DNA of 64,000 nt. It comes from an uncultured Chloroflexia bacterium. GTDB taxonomy: Bacteria > Chloroflexota > Anaerolineae > Anaerolineales > RBG-16-64-43. The stretch spans positions 14,201-78,200 of the forward strand of contig CAVRUI010000001.1 in the NCBI GenBank assembly GCA_963724345.1. The letters run 5' to 3'. Positions 41,305-49,920 of this stretch are shown here, in pieces. Position 1 is the first letter of the stretch. Every line of letters starts with the position of its first letter. Position numbers and translations under genes: made by a program. The notes under the pieces were generated by a model. That model saw nothing but the letters and a program-made list of their open reading frames with translations. It was not told the origin of the DNA and ran no database searches.

Positions 41305-41364
41305 AATTATTTTTGGGAGGGATTATTCGACCGCTTGTGGTGTTTATTTCAACTTTGAATATTC

Positions 41365-41437
41365 GTAGAGTGGGTTGACGCACCGCCGATCACTTTATAA
41401 ATGCTCGATTTATCAATGGCGCGTCAACCCACCCTAC
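41365..41437. repeat. GTAG-type REP doublet (inverted)
   Basis: gtagagtgggttgacgc ... gcgtcaacccaccctac. Confidence 0.75.
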
Positions 41438-41456
41438 AAGGCAGGCGCGCAGGCAA

Positions 41457-41578
41457 GTCATCCCGGCGCGATCGGTTGGTTCGTCATCCCGGCGTGATCG
41501 GTTGGTTCGTCATCCCGGCGTGATCGGTTGGTTCGTCATCCCGGCGTGATCGGTTGGTTCGTCATCCCGGCGTGATCG
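41457..41578. repeat. 26-bp tandem repeat, about 4.7 copies
   Basis: gtcatcccggcgtgatcggttggttc at 41457, 41483, 41509, 41535 and 41561; no spacers. Confidence 0.92.
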
Positions 41579-41786
41579 CAGCCGGGATCCACGACATGCA
41601 CTCTATAAAAATATTATTCTGCTGGATGCCCCTTCGTTCACCCCCGCTCCGCAATCATCCCTGCTCATGGAAAAAGTTCGAGCAGGGATGCTCCCCCCTT
41701 CGCGAACCCATCGCACCGGGAAATCACCGGCGCTAATCGCTCCGGGGGGCAAGCGCGGGGCAGGCGCCGGGCATGACGATCCCATC

Positions 41787-44558
41787 TCATTCCATTATCG
41801 ATAAAAACACCGGCACGATCTGCGGGTCGAAATGCTTCCCGGATTGGGTCAGCAGGTAATCGCGCGCCTGGTCCTTGGTCCACGCCTGGCGGTACGGGCG
41901 GTCGGATGTGGTTGCGTCCCAAACGTCCACGATCGCGAAGACCCGCGCCGCGAGCGGAATTTGGTCGCCCTTCAAGCCGCGCGGATAGCCCGAGCCGTCC
42001 CACTTTTCATGGTGGCAATAGGGGATGTCGAGGGAATGCTTCAGGTAGATGATCGGCGAAAGCATCTCGTAGGCATAGAGCGGGTGGCGGCGCATGACGT
42101 CCCATTCCTCGCGCGAAAGGGCGTCGCGTTTGAGGAGGATGCTGTCGGGGATCCCCATTTTTCCCATGTCGTGCAGCAGCGCGCCGCGGCGGATGTGGAC
42201 CATCTGGCTTTCATCCATCCCCATCGCGCGCGCCAGGCTTTCGGTCATCTCGGTGACGCGCTCGGTATGCCCTTCCGTGCCCTCGTCCCGCAGGTCGAGC
42301 GCGCGCGACCAGCCTTCGATGGTGGTGTCGTAGGCCAGGTTCAGCTCGGCGTTGGAGTGCTGCAGCTCGTCGAACAGGGAAGCGTTGTCGATCGCGATCG
42401 CGGCCTGGACGGTGAGGGATTCCAGGAAATCGAACCAGTCGGCATCCGCCGTGAGCGCGGTCCGGAAGAACACCTCGAGCACTCCCTTCACCTGGCCCTT
42501 GACGATCAGGGGAGCCGCGCAATAGGACTTGAAGCGTTCGGACGGGAACTTCGGCGAGCGCGAAAGGCTGCCCACATCCTGGTCCAGGTTTGGGACGAAG
42601 ATCAGCCGGCGCTCGTGGGCCGCCTGGCCGGCGTATCCCTCCCCCAGCCGGAGGTGGGTGTGGTGCAGGGCATCCGAGTGGAACCCCTTCCCGGCCACGA
42701 ATTCCAACAACGTGGTCTTCGGGTTGAGAAGCAGGACGTCCACCGCATCCACGTTCGAACGGCGCGAGACCTGGTCCAGGAGGATTTCCAGCGTGAAGTG
42801 CAAATCCAGGCTGGAGCTGATGGTGATGTCGATATCCCGCAGGGTTTGCAGACGCTCCAAGCGGCTTTGCGTTTCCGCGTACAGGCGCAGGTTCTCCAGC
42901 ATCGGCGCGAGCTGGCTGCCGAGCGTGCGCAGGAGAAGAACGTCGTCGTGGGGGTAGAAATCGTCCGGATCGCGCCGTCCGAACAGCCACACCCCGCTGG
43001 TCTTCCCGCCGGTCTGGAGCGCGACGGCCAGCCGGACCCAGGACCAAAGGTCGGCGGCGACGCGGTCGGGCGGCCGGTACTGGCCGGCGCTCTGAATCAG
43101 CGTTTCCATTTCGCCGAGTTCCACCAGCCGGTCGGTCAGGGTGAGCCCATCCACGTAAAACAGAGAGTATCCGTTTTCCATCTTCCGATACAAAGCCAAC
43201 TCGCGGATCAAGAGGCTCGGGGTCACGTCGCGGCTCAGGAGCCGGATGAGCAGCGCGGGTTCGAAGGCCGCCGGCAGCTGGAGCGCGAAATCGCGGACGA
43301 TCTCCTGCGGATTGTGGCGGGCCCCGTAGGCCATCGTATCGAACCAGAGCTGGAAACGCCCGCGCAGGCCCGGGGCGGCGATCAGGAAGATCAGCGTCAC
43401 GGCCAGGCTGAACGCCAGCGATTCATCCGCCAGGTGGAGGTATTGGCTGGCGACGGAAAAGATAAGGATGATTGCCAGGCTGTAGAGCAGAATGAATGTA
43501 TACAAGCTCAACGCGCGGTTGGCGCGCAATTCGAACTCCCCCAGGCTGCGTTTGTAGATCGCGTAAAAGTAGAAAAACGGAAGCAGCGGAAGGGCCATGT
43601 AGGTGGCCAGCAGCGCCGGTGTGGACAGCGAAATTAATTTTGTGAAGAGGGGGACGGTTACATAGAACAGACTCGGCAGGAACGCCAATCCGATTCCGAG
43701 GAACATCAAACGCAGGGCAAGCCGTTCCGTCGCGGAAAGACGGGTAAGAAGGCGGTAGGCCAACAGCCCCAGGCTGCCAAGGATGGCGATCGCCAAGCCC
43801 AAATAAAATACCTGACGGGGCAGGACATGGAACAGCTCCAGCAGGGAAAGAACAACACCGGCAAAATAGAGAATCAACAGATACATCCGCTGCCGGGGCC
43901 GAAAGATCGGATTGGGGATCTCCAAATGCAGGTGGATGTACAGAGGAGCAATAAGCCAGGTCGCCACATGGATAATATAAGAGGAGAAATTGAGAATCGA
44001 TATGGATAAGCCGACGGCCAGGTATACCGCGGTGGCGTAGTTAAAAACAACCAGAAGAAACCAGCGCCGGTTCCGGGGACGGATGAGGATCAGCACGGCC
44101 GTCCCGGCCAGCCAAAATGGGATATAGAACAGCATTGGAATAAAGCTTTTTAACCGGTCGGAAAGGGCCGGGCTGACAAGCGTCCACTGGATTATCTGCG
44201 GGTTTCCGTTGCGGAGGATGGAGACCTCTATCGTGTCGCCGGGTTGAAGCCCGGAAAAGGGGACGCGGTCGTTATTATTAAGATAATCCTCATAGCGGAT
44301 ATCCCCAATGGCTGTTATTTGATCTCCCGCGTTGAGTTTATCCACATCCGCCGCGCACCACTCCGGCTGGTTGCTGCTGTTGCTCAAGCAATTTGCAAGA
44401 CCAAGAATTGTCCAATTGCTGTCGTATTCGATTCCGGAATAGGGCGCGATGTACGTTCCCGCGATCCCGTAAAAAAGACAGATCAGCAGGGTTACGAAGG
44501 AAATCAGGAACAAAGGCCAATCGGCGGCCTGCCGAAGGCCGGTCTTGATTTTTTCCAT
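41787..44558 (-). CDS. ComP-like membrane sensor (TM-PDZ-multi-TM-GAF-GAF) fused to an HD-GYP phosphodiesterase
   Basis: PDZ-like LNAGDQITAIG...LQPGDTIEVSILRNG; about 9 TMs; GAF motifs; HTERV, LLHDMGK, HHEKWDGSGYP, DVWDA..SDRPYR. Confidence 0.85.
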   Translation of the reverse strand: MEKIKTGLRQAADWPLFLISFVTLLICLFYGIAGTYIAPYSGIEYDSNWTILGLANCLSNSSNQPEWCAADVDKLNAGDQITAIGDIRYEDYLNNNDRVPFSGLQPGDTIEVSILRNGNPQIIQWTLVSPALSDRLKSFIPMLFYIPFWLAGTAVLILIRPRNRRWFLLVVFNYATAVYLAVGLSISILNFSSYIIHVATWLIAPLYIHLHLEIPNPIFRPRQRMYLLILYFAGVVLSLLELFHVLPRQVFYLGLAIAILGSLGLLAYRLLTRLSATERLALRLMFLGIGLAFLPSLFYVTVPLFTKLISLSTPALLATYMALPLLPFFYFYAIYKRSLGEFELRANRALSLYTFILLYSLAIILIFSVASQYLHLADESLAFSLAVTLIFLIAAPGLRGRFQLWFDTMAYGARHNPQEIVRDFALQLPAAFEPALLIRLLSRDVTPSLLIRELALYRKMENGYSLFYVDGLTLTDRLVELGEMETLIQSAGQYRPPDRVAADLWSWVRLAVALQTGGKTSGVWLFGRRDPDDFYPHDDVLLLRTLGSQLAPMLENLRLYAETQSRLERLQTLRDIDITISSSLDLHFTLEILLDQVSRRSNVDAVDVLLLNPKTTLLEFVAGKGFHSDALHHTHLRLGEGYAGQAAHERRLIFVPNLDQDVGSLSRSPKFPSERFKSYCAAPLIVKGQVKGVLEVFFRTALTADADWFDFLESLTVQAAIAIDNASLFDELQHSNAELNLAYDTTIEGWSRALDLRDEGTEGHTERVTEMTESLARAMGMDESQMVHIRRGALLHDMGKMGIPDSILLKRDALSREEWDVMRRHPLYAYEMLSPIIYLKHSLDIPYCHHEKWDGSGYPRGLKGDQIPLAARVFAIVDVWDATTSDRPYRQAWTKDQARDYLLTQSGKHFDPQIVPVFLSIME

Positions 44559-44559
44559 C

Positions 44560-45510
44560 TCAGTGTATATCGATCTCGGGCGGCACCGCGATCCCTAGTT
44601 TTTTCAAGAGGTGAATCAGCGGTACGATGTATTGGTCGATCACGGAGCGCAGTGAATCCGGATCAGCCAGCGGTGTTTCCTTAAGAATTTTCTTGGCCGC
44701 CAGGTAACTTTGGCTGAGATGGTACATGGCATAACTGACGGCTCCGGATTTGATCAGGATCTGCTGCGCGGACCGCAAGGCCTCCGGGTCGTCGACCTGG
44801 GAACGCAGTACTTTGAACCGCTCGCGGTCCGGGTGATCGGCCGTCAGGGCGTACAGGAACAGCAGGTTGTTTCGGCCCTGTTTCCAATCCGGATTGGCCG
44901 GGGTTTCCATGCCATCCTGAATGTCGTCGTGGATCTGAATTGCGTCGCCGGTAATGGACCCCAATTGGCGGAGCCGTTCGACGGTTTTTGGATTAGCCTT
45001 GCCGAGGATCGCCCCGATTTGCATCGCCGTTCCGAAGTACGACGAACTTTTGGCGTGAGTCACCTTCCAGTAATTCTCCTCGCCGGTCAGGTTGCGCGAA
45101 TCCAGATCCTGGCCGTATGCCATGGTGAGCGCCATCTGCGCCAGGCAATCCATCACCGCCGCCCGGCGCCCGGCATCCACGGGGGTGTTGGCGATGACGC
45201 GGAAGGCGATCGATTGAAACGCGAAGGAGAAATTGGCGGCCATAGCGTCGCCGATCTTGAGGTGCTCCCCGCGCGGATCCTGGTCGAGCATATCGTCCAC
45301 GAGGAGGATACTGAGAATCATGCATAAAATTGCGGCCGAACCGCCTGCCACCACCGATTCGTCGCCACCCACCGCCCGGCAGGCGCGCAACGGCCATTCC
45401 CAAACCTGGTGCGGGCGGGCCACCTGCCGTTCGAAAATGGCTAATATCGCCGGCCAATCGGCCACTTCCGGCAGGCTCATAACCTGTCTTTTTACATCTT
45501 CAATATCCAT
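44560..45510 (-). CDS. Class I isoprenoid-synthase-fold protein, ComQ-like putative Trp-peptide prenyltransferase
   Basis: LLVDDMLD, GQDLD, KSS, QIHDDIQD, DWKQGRNNL; lacks the GGKRxRP and DDxxD..RRG IPP-binding motifs; GAGGGAGG RBS. Confidence 0.72.
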   Translation of the reverse strand: MDIEDVKRQVMSLPEVADWPAILAIFERQVARPHQVWEWPLRACRAVGGDESVVAGGSAAILCMILSILLVDDMLDQDPRGEHLKIGDAMAANFSFAFQSIAFRVIANTPVDAGRRAAVMDCLAQMALTMAYGQDLDSRNLTGEENYWKVTHAKSSSYFGTAMQIGAILGKANPKTVERLRQLGSITGDAIQIHDDIQDGMETPANPDWKQGRNNLLFLYALTADHPDRERFKVLRSQVDDPEALRSAQQILIKSGAVSYAMYHLSQSYLAAKKILKETPLADPDSLRSVIDQYIVPLIHLLKKLGIAVPPEIDIH

Positions 45511-45588
45511 GGAATTCCCTCCCTCATAATTATGTGGAAATCCGGTAATTTAGCAACAGGTTGTTCTTTCTCCGGTTTGGAAAAACAT

Positions 45589-45616
45589 CGTAGCGCGGCG
45601 AGCCGTCCGCGCTACG
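45589..45616 (-). terminator. GTAG-type hairpin with U-tract between the peptide gene and the ComQ-like gene
   Basis: cgtagcgcgg-N8-ccgcgctacg followed on the minus strand by atgttttt. Confidence 0.55.
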
Positions 45617-45723
45617 AGAAATCCTACCCTGATACCCGGGAAATCAGGGCAAATAGTGCCACCCATTCCCTGCGATCGACCGGTTTTCCTCCGGATGCTT
45701 GAATGTGATCTGCGAGGCCGGCC

Positions 45724-45867
45724 TTAACCCCATTTACCCCAGCCTGACAGGCTGGTGGCTTTCAACAGATCCTCGGGCTCCTCGATCGCCGTGAGGTCGG
45801 ACAAAGCTGCTATCAATTCACTTTTCTCTTCGGAATGCAAAAGCACGTTGAACTTTTCTATGGACAT
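45724..45867 (-). CDS. 47-aa ComX-like precursor peptide (not in the supplied ORF track)
   Basis: GAGGAGGG RBS 5 nt before ATG; MSIEKFNVLLHSEEKSELIAALSDLTAIEEPEDLLKATSLSGWGKWG*; Trp at -2 and -5. Confidence 0.75.
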   Translation of the reverse strand: MSIEKFNVLLHSEEKSELIAALSDLTAIEEPEDLLKATSLSGWGKWG

Positions 45868-45970
45868 GCGAACCCTCCTCTATGGGCTATGGACGCTTTC
45901 CTCTTTGGGTCTTGCGGTGGACCGCGGGCTGGATGAGCATGGGACCCGGCTCGATCACCATGCCACATTA

Positions 45971-46013
45971 ATTATATGTAAATTGGAGAGAGAAAACCAT
46001 CGACTTTCGATGG
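45971..46013 (-). promoter_or_regulatory. Putative promoter of the peptide gene: TATAAT -10 plus an upstream palindrome
   Basis: TATAAT at 45976-45971; weak -35; CCATCGA-N3-TCGATGG at 45997-46013. Confidence 0.5.
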
Positions 46014-46124
46014 AAGGTAGTCATTTTCAGACCGGCTCGTGCGGGTAATCAGGACGATCGGCCGCTCCGAATTCGAATCGGGCTGTTTCTCAGGATTACA
46101 GGTGAGGATTGGCGGAAGCGGGGA

Positions 46125-46878
46125 TCAGATCTGCCCGGAATAAACGGACGCCAATATGTCGCGCGACCGTTCCAGCGGGCGGTTATCGAGCGGAGTTACC
46201 CGGTAACCGAGCGATTCCAGAAACGCAAGGCATTCCATATGGACCTTGCCGGAGTGGGTGGAGAGGAAAATCGGCGGATGGCTCGCGGCCAGCATCCGGC
46301 GCGCGCCCTGCAGCGCCAGGAATTCCGCCCCTTCGATGTCGATTTTGAGCAGATCCGGCGCCGGCAGGCGCCCCGCATCGATCCAATCGTCGAGCGCGAT
46401 GGATTTCACCTCCAGCGAGCCGCTTTCGCCGATCCGCCCCTTGGATGTGCTGGAATCCTCTTCGAAGCGGACCGTACCGCTGCGGTCGGCGACCGCCGCG
46501 TCGACCACGGTCACGTTCCCGATCCGGTTGAGGGCGAGGTGCCGCCGGAGAAACCCCAGGTTGCGGGGCAGCGGCTCGAACACGAACACGCGGCCGCCGC
46601 GGCCCGGCCCGGACGGCGGAGATCAGGCTGTAGTAGCCGACGTTCCCGCCCAGGTCGAACACCACGCCGCCGGAAGGGACAGCTTCCGCGAACCGGACGC
46701 ATTTTTCCATTTCGTAGCTGCCCAGCCAGTATCCGTGGTTCCCGGATCCCGCGATCCATTTCTTCCCGCGCAGGGGGCCCTGCAGGATGGGCAGTACCGC
46801 CCGCCCGGGAATCAACCGCAGCGGGAGGCGCAGAATTTTTCCGAAAAACGAAGTGTTGGAAATTGAGGTCCAGTTCAT
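46125..46878 (-). CDS. FkbM family methyltransferase (one +1 frameshift near 46595)
   Basis: FDLGGNVGYYS in the upstream frame; FEP..N and LLKIDIEGAE in the downstream frame. Confidence 0.85.
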
Positions 46879-46979
46879 GTCCACTCAGATTGACGAAAAA
46901 TCTTTGGACAGGATTTGACAGGATTTTCAGGATAAAAAATGAAAAAATCATGTCGATCCTGCAAGATCCAGCCTATTCT

Positions 46980-47606
46980 CTACCAGCGCATCAGGGCATT
47001 GATACCCAGCCGCCGGCTTTTCTGCACATACAGTCCGACGTACGCCAGGTCGAAGAACAGGATTGCCCAGGCGAAGAACACCGTGAGCTGTGATTCCGGC
47101 AGATACACAAACACCAGAATCGAGGGGCACAACGTGCCCAGCATCTTCGCCAGCCCGATGTAGAGGGACTGACCGGCCAGATCCCTGCGGTCCAAAAGCA
47201 TGCGGATGAACAGGATCGACATCAGGAGATTTTGCCCGAAGGCGGTGTAGTAGCCCGCATAATTATCGAACTCGCGCGTGACCAGCAACACGGTCAGGAA
47301 CGCGACGATGAGTATGGAGAGAAAAGCGCCGAAGAAAAATACGGCGGTCACTTCGGACGGGCGGCGCGCGCTTTCGTAGCGCAGGTATTGGATGACGATG
47401 ACCGAATCCAGGGCGAACCAGGCGATGTTGATGATCAGCTGAATCCCGCCGGCCGGATGGATGAAGGAAAAGATGAATTCCCAGGAGATGTTGAGCGTCA
47501 GGGCCGCCATCGGCATGCCGCAGGCTTTATCCTGGTATCCGCGTTTGATGAGGAGCAGGTAGGTGATCAGCCAGAAGACGCCGGATGCGATCCCAAGCCA
47601 CTGCAT
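46980..47606 (-). CDS. Transmembrane terpene cyclase, Pyr4/PaxB/XiaH/DmtA-like
   Basis: ~7 TMs; W..TY....RG..D..CGMP..AL.LNISWEF; W..LD; SL.IG.AK.LGT; late FFDL Asp; GGAGG RBS. Confidence 0.78.
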   Translation of the reverse strand: MQWLGIASGVFWLITYLLLIKRGYQDKACGMPMAALTLNISWEFIFSFIHPAGGIQLIINIAWFALDSVIVIQYLRYESARRPSEVTAVFFFGAFLSILIVAFLTVLLVTREFDNYAGYYTAFGQNLLMSILFIRMLLDRRDLAGQSLYIGLAKMLGTLCPSILVFVYLPESQLTVFFAWAILFFDLAYVGLYVQKSRRLGINALMRW

Positions 47607-47621
47607 GACGACCCTCCTTCG

Positions 47622-48390
47622 TTACGCCGCATCGCGCCGGGGCGGCACGAGAAATTCCAGCAGGAGCGATACTATATCACGGCCCCCGGGCGGCAAAGGA
47701 TCGCGCGGGTATACCCGGCGGAAAGATTCGAGGCGCTGGATGACATCCCGCAGGGGCACCGGGCGCCCGGCATCGGCCGAAGCCCGGCGGACGAACAACG
47801 CTCCCTGTGACCGGTGGCACGCCATTGCGGCCAGTTTGCATTCGAACGCGGGAGTGATATCCACCACGAAATCCGCCGGATCGTTGAGGTTGGCTGAGCG
47901 CTTGCGCGGATGATCGGCATGATCCGCGCCGAATGAATAGAGCGCGGGAACGCCGGAGAGGCGCGCGGTTTCGAGGCAGGCCTGATGCGCCAGCAAGTGG
48001 CCGGGATGCCCGTATTCGCCGCTCGAGCCGTGGGTGATCACCGCGTCGCGGTTTCGCGGCGGCGAAGAAGGCTTCCATTTGCGGGACGACTTCCCCGGCC
48101 GATCCGGCGAAGGCGTACAGCGCGTCCTCGGGGCCCACGTCCGGATCCCGGAACCCGAGAAAATCGACCGTCGCGCATCCGAGCGCGCGCCCGGCGCACC
48201 GCAGTTCGTCGGACCGTATGGCTCCAAGCCCGGCGCGCGTGGCAAACCTCAGATCGCCCGCCTCGCCGCCCTCGCCGCGCGTGCAGCACAGGATCCCGAC
48301 CTCCGCCCCGCGCCGGGCAAGCAGCGCGAGTGTTCCGCCGGCAAAAACCGATTCATCGTCCGGATGTGCGGTGACGCAGAGGATTTTCAA
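47622..48390 (-). CDS. PIG-L/LmbE family deacetylase (one +1 frameshift near 48050)
   Basis: AHPDDE, TRGEGGE, GEYGHPGH, CHRSQ. Confidence 0.85.
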
Positions 48391-48505
48391 GATAAGCTTC
48401 CTTCGGATGCCCGAAAAAGGAAACGGGCCGGGAGAGGGAGTTATTAAGGATATAGCCGCGATCGGCGATCGCGGCTATAGTATTTTTCATGCCGGTTGCT
48501 TCGAC

Positions 48506-48967
48506 CTAACTCGTCTTGCCTTCGATGGTGTGGATCGCCTGTTCGGGCGTGACGTTGGCGTACAGCACCGACATCAAGCCGGGCAGGTATTTGTTCATCG
48601 TCATCACGTTGGAATACACCACCTGGCGGATCAGGACGTGGTTCAGCTCGCCGCCTTCCACATCGATGCTGGTTTTGCAGCGGATGTCGCCGTCGTTGAT
48701 GTCCATCTCGAAATTGCCGATCACCAGCCCGTAATTCGCCCGGGTGATGAACTCCATCGCCGCCGGACGCCGTTCCTCGGGGGCGGGGTTGGGGAACACG
48801 GAGTAGAAGATGAACTGCTGCTGGTTTTCCCGCGCCTGCGCAAAACAGGTCCATTTGCCGTTTTTACCGGAAAAACCGGTGCGGAGGATGGGCTTACTCT
48901 CCATTTCGGTGAATGGCCAATCGTCTTCGCGGAAAAATTTTCTGATCGATTCGAGTATTTTCCCCAT
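48506..48967 (-). CDS. YbjN-domain (type III chaperone-like) protein
   Basis: EFITRANYGLVIGNFEMDINDGDIR. Confidence 0.85.
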   Translation of the reverse strand: MGKILESIRKFFREDDWPFTEMESKPILRTGFSGKNGKWTCFAQARENQQQFIFYSVFPNPAPEERRPAAMEFITRANYGLVIGNFEMDINDGDIRCKTSIDVEGGELNHVLIRQVVYSNVMTMNKYLPGLMSVLYANVTPEQAIHTIEGKTS

Positions 48968-49135
48968 CGGGAATCCTCGCCGCAGAGGGGGCCCCGTTCC
49001 GGCGCGAAGCCGAACGGGCGGAAACCGCCATCCGGGATGAATTTTATACGGAATGGGGCGGCTTAGCAACCGTTCCACGGGGGGCGTTTCATTCCCCAAA
49101 AAGCCGGGCGATGGGGCGGGCTGTATAATCGCCGC

Positions 49136-49774
49136 ATGCCCGAAGTGAAGAGCCGGATCCGCATGAAGAACTGCCGCCTGCCGGCCTGTGCCCGGGCCGC
49201 CTCCTTTTCAGTCCTCATCCTGCCCTTACTCCTAACCGCGTGCCGGGCCGTCGGACCCTCTCCGGCGCCGGCCGGCACACCAACCGGGTTACAGGGGACC
49301 GGCGCGGGTTTTGCCGTGTTTTCCCCCGGACCTTCCTCTGAAAAGACGGTCGAACCGGCACCGATCTTGGCTGCGACGGCGCCCGTCCCGGATGAATCCG
49401 CGGAAGCAATCCCGACGGAGAGCCAGCCGGCCTTCGGATCCTGTATCGACAACCTGGTCTTCATGGGGGACCTGACGTATCCCGACCGCGCGTCGGTTTC
49501 ACCCGGCCAAATTCTGGAGAAGAAGTGGAAGGTCCGCAACGGCGGGCTTTGCGATTGGGGGCCGGAATACCGGTTCCGCTGGGTGGGCGGGGCGGAGCTC
49601 TCGACGCGCCGCGAATTCGCGCTTTTCCCCGCCGCCGCCGGGAGCGAAGCCGTCGTCTCCATCACGCTGACCGCGCCGCTCGCGAAGGGGGAATACATCT
49701 CCAGCTTCCGGGCATTTTCGCCGCTGGGCGTGGCGTTCGGGGATACGCTCTACATCGATGTGGTAGTCACCTGA
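49136..49774 (+). CDS. NBR1-Ig-like domain lipoprotein
   Basis: LTAC lipobox; DLTYPD...PGQ..KKWKVRNGG.C.W; FG..LYIDVVV. Confidence 0.82.
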   Translation: MPEVKSRIRMKNCRLPACARAASFSVLILPLLLTACRAVGPSPAPAGTPTGLQGTGAGFAVFSPGPSSEKTVEPAPILAATAPVPDESAEAIPTESQPAFGSCIDNLVFMGDLTYPDRASVSPGQILEKKWKVRNGGLCDWGPEYRFRWVGGAELSTRREFALFPAAAGSEAVVSITLTAPLAKGEYISSFRAFSPLGVAFGDTLYIDVVVT

Positions 49775-49785
49775 ATTAAATCTTA

Positions 49786-49857
49786 CCGCAGAGACGCAGA
49801 GAACGCAGAGAAAATATTTTTCTAAAAAAAACTCTGCGACCTCTGCGCCTCTGCGGT
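49786..49857. repeat. CGCAGAG/CTCTGCG palindromic repeat
   Basis: accgcagagacgcagagaacgcagag...ctctgcgacctctgcgcctctgcggt. Confidence 0.8.
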
Positions 49858-49920
49858 GAAAAGGTTTTAGCTTTGATGTAAAATTATGCTCAAATGGATT
49901 TCGTAAATACGAGGAGGCCT

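Noticed and set aside
41457-41578. Possible CRISPR array (26-bp repeats starting GTC)
   Set aside because: Repeats are directly adjacent with no unique spacers, and no cas genes are present.
45755-46048. 97-aa plus-strand ORF in the supplied track
   Set aside because: No RBS or motif, and antisense to the better-supported 47-aa peptide ORF in a minus-strand gene run.
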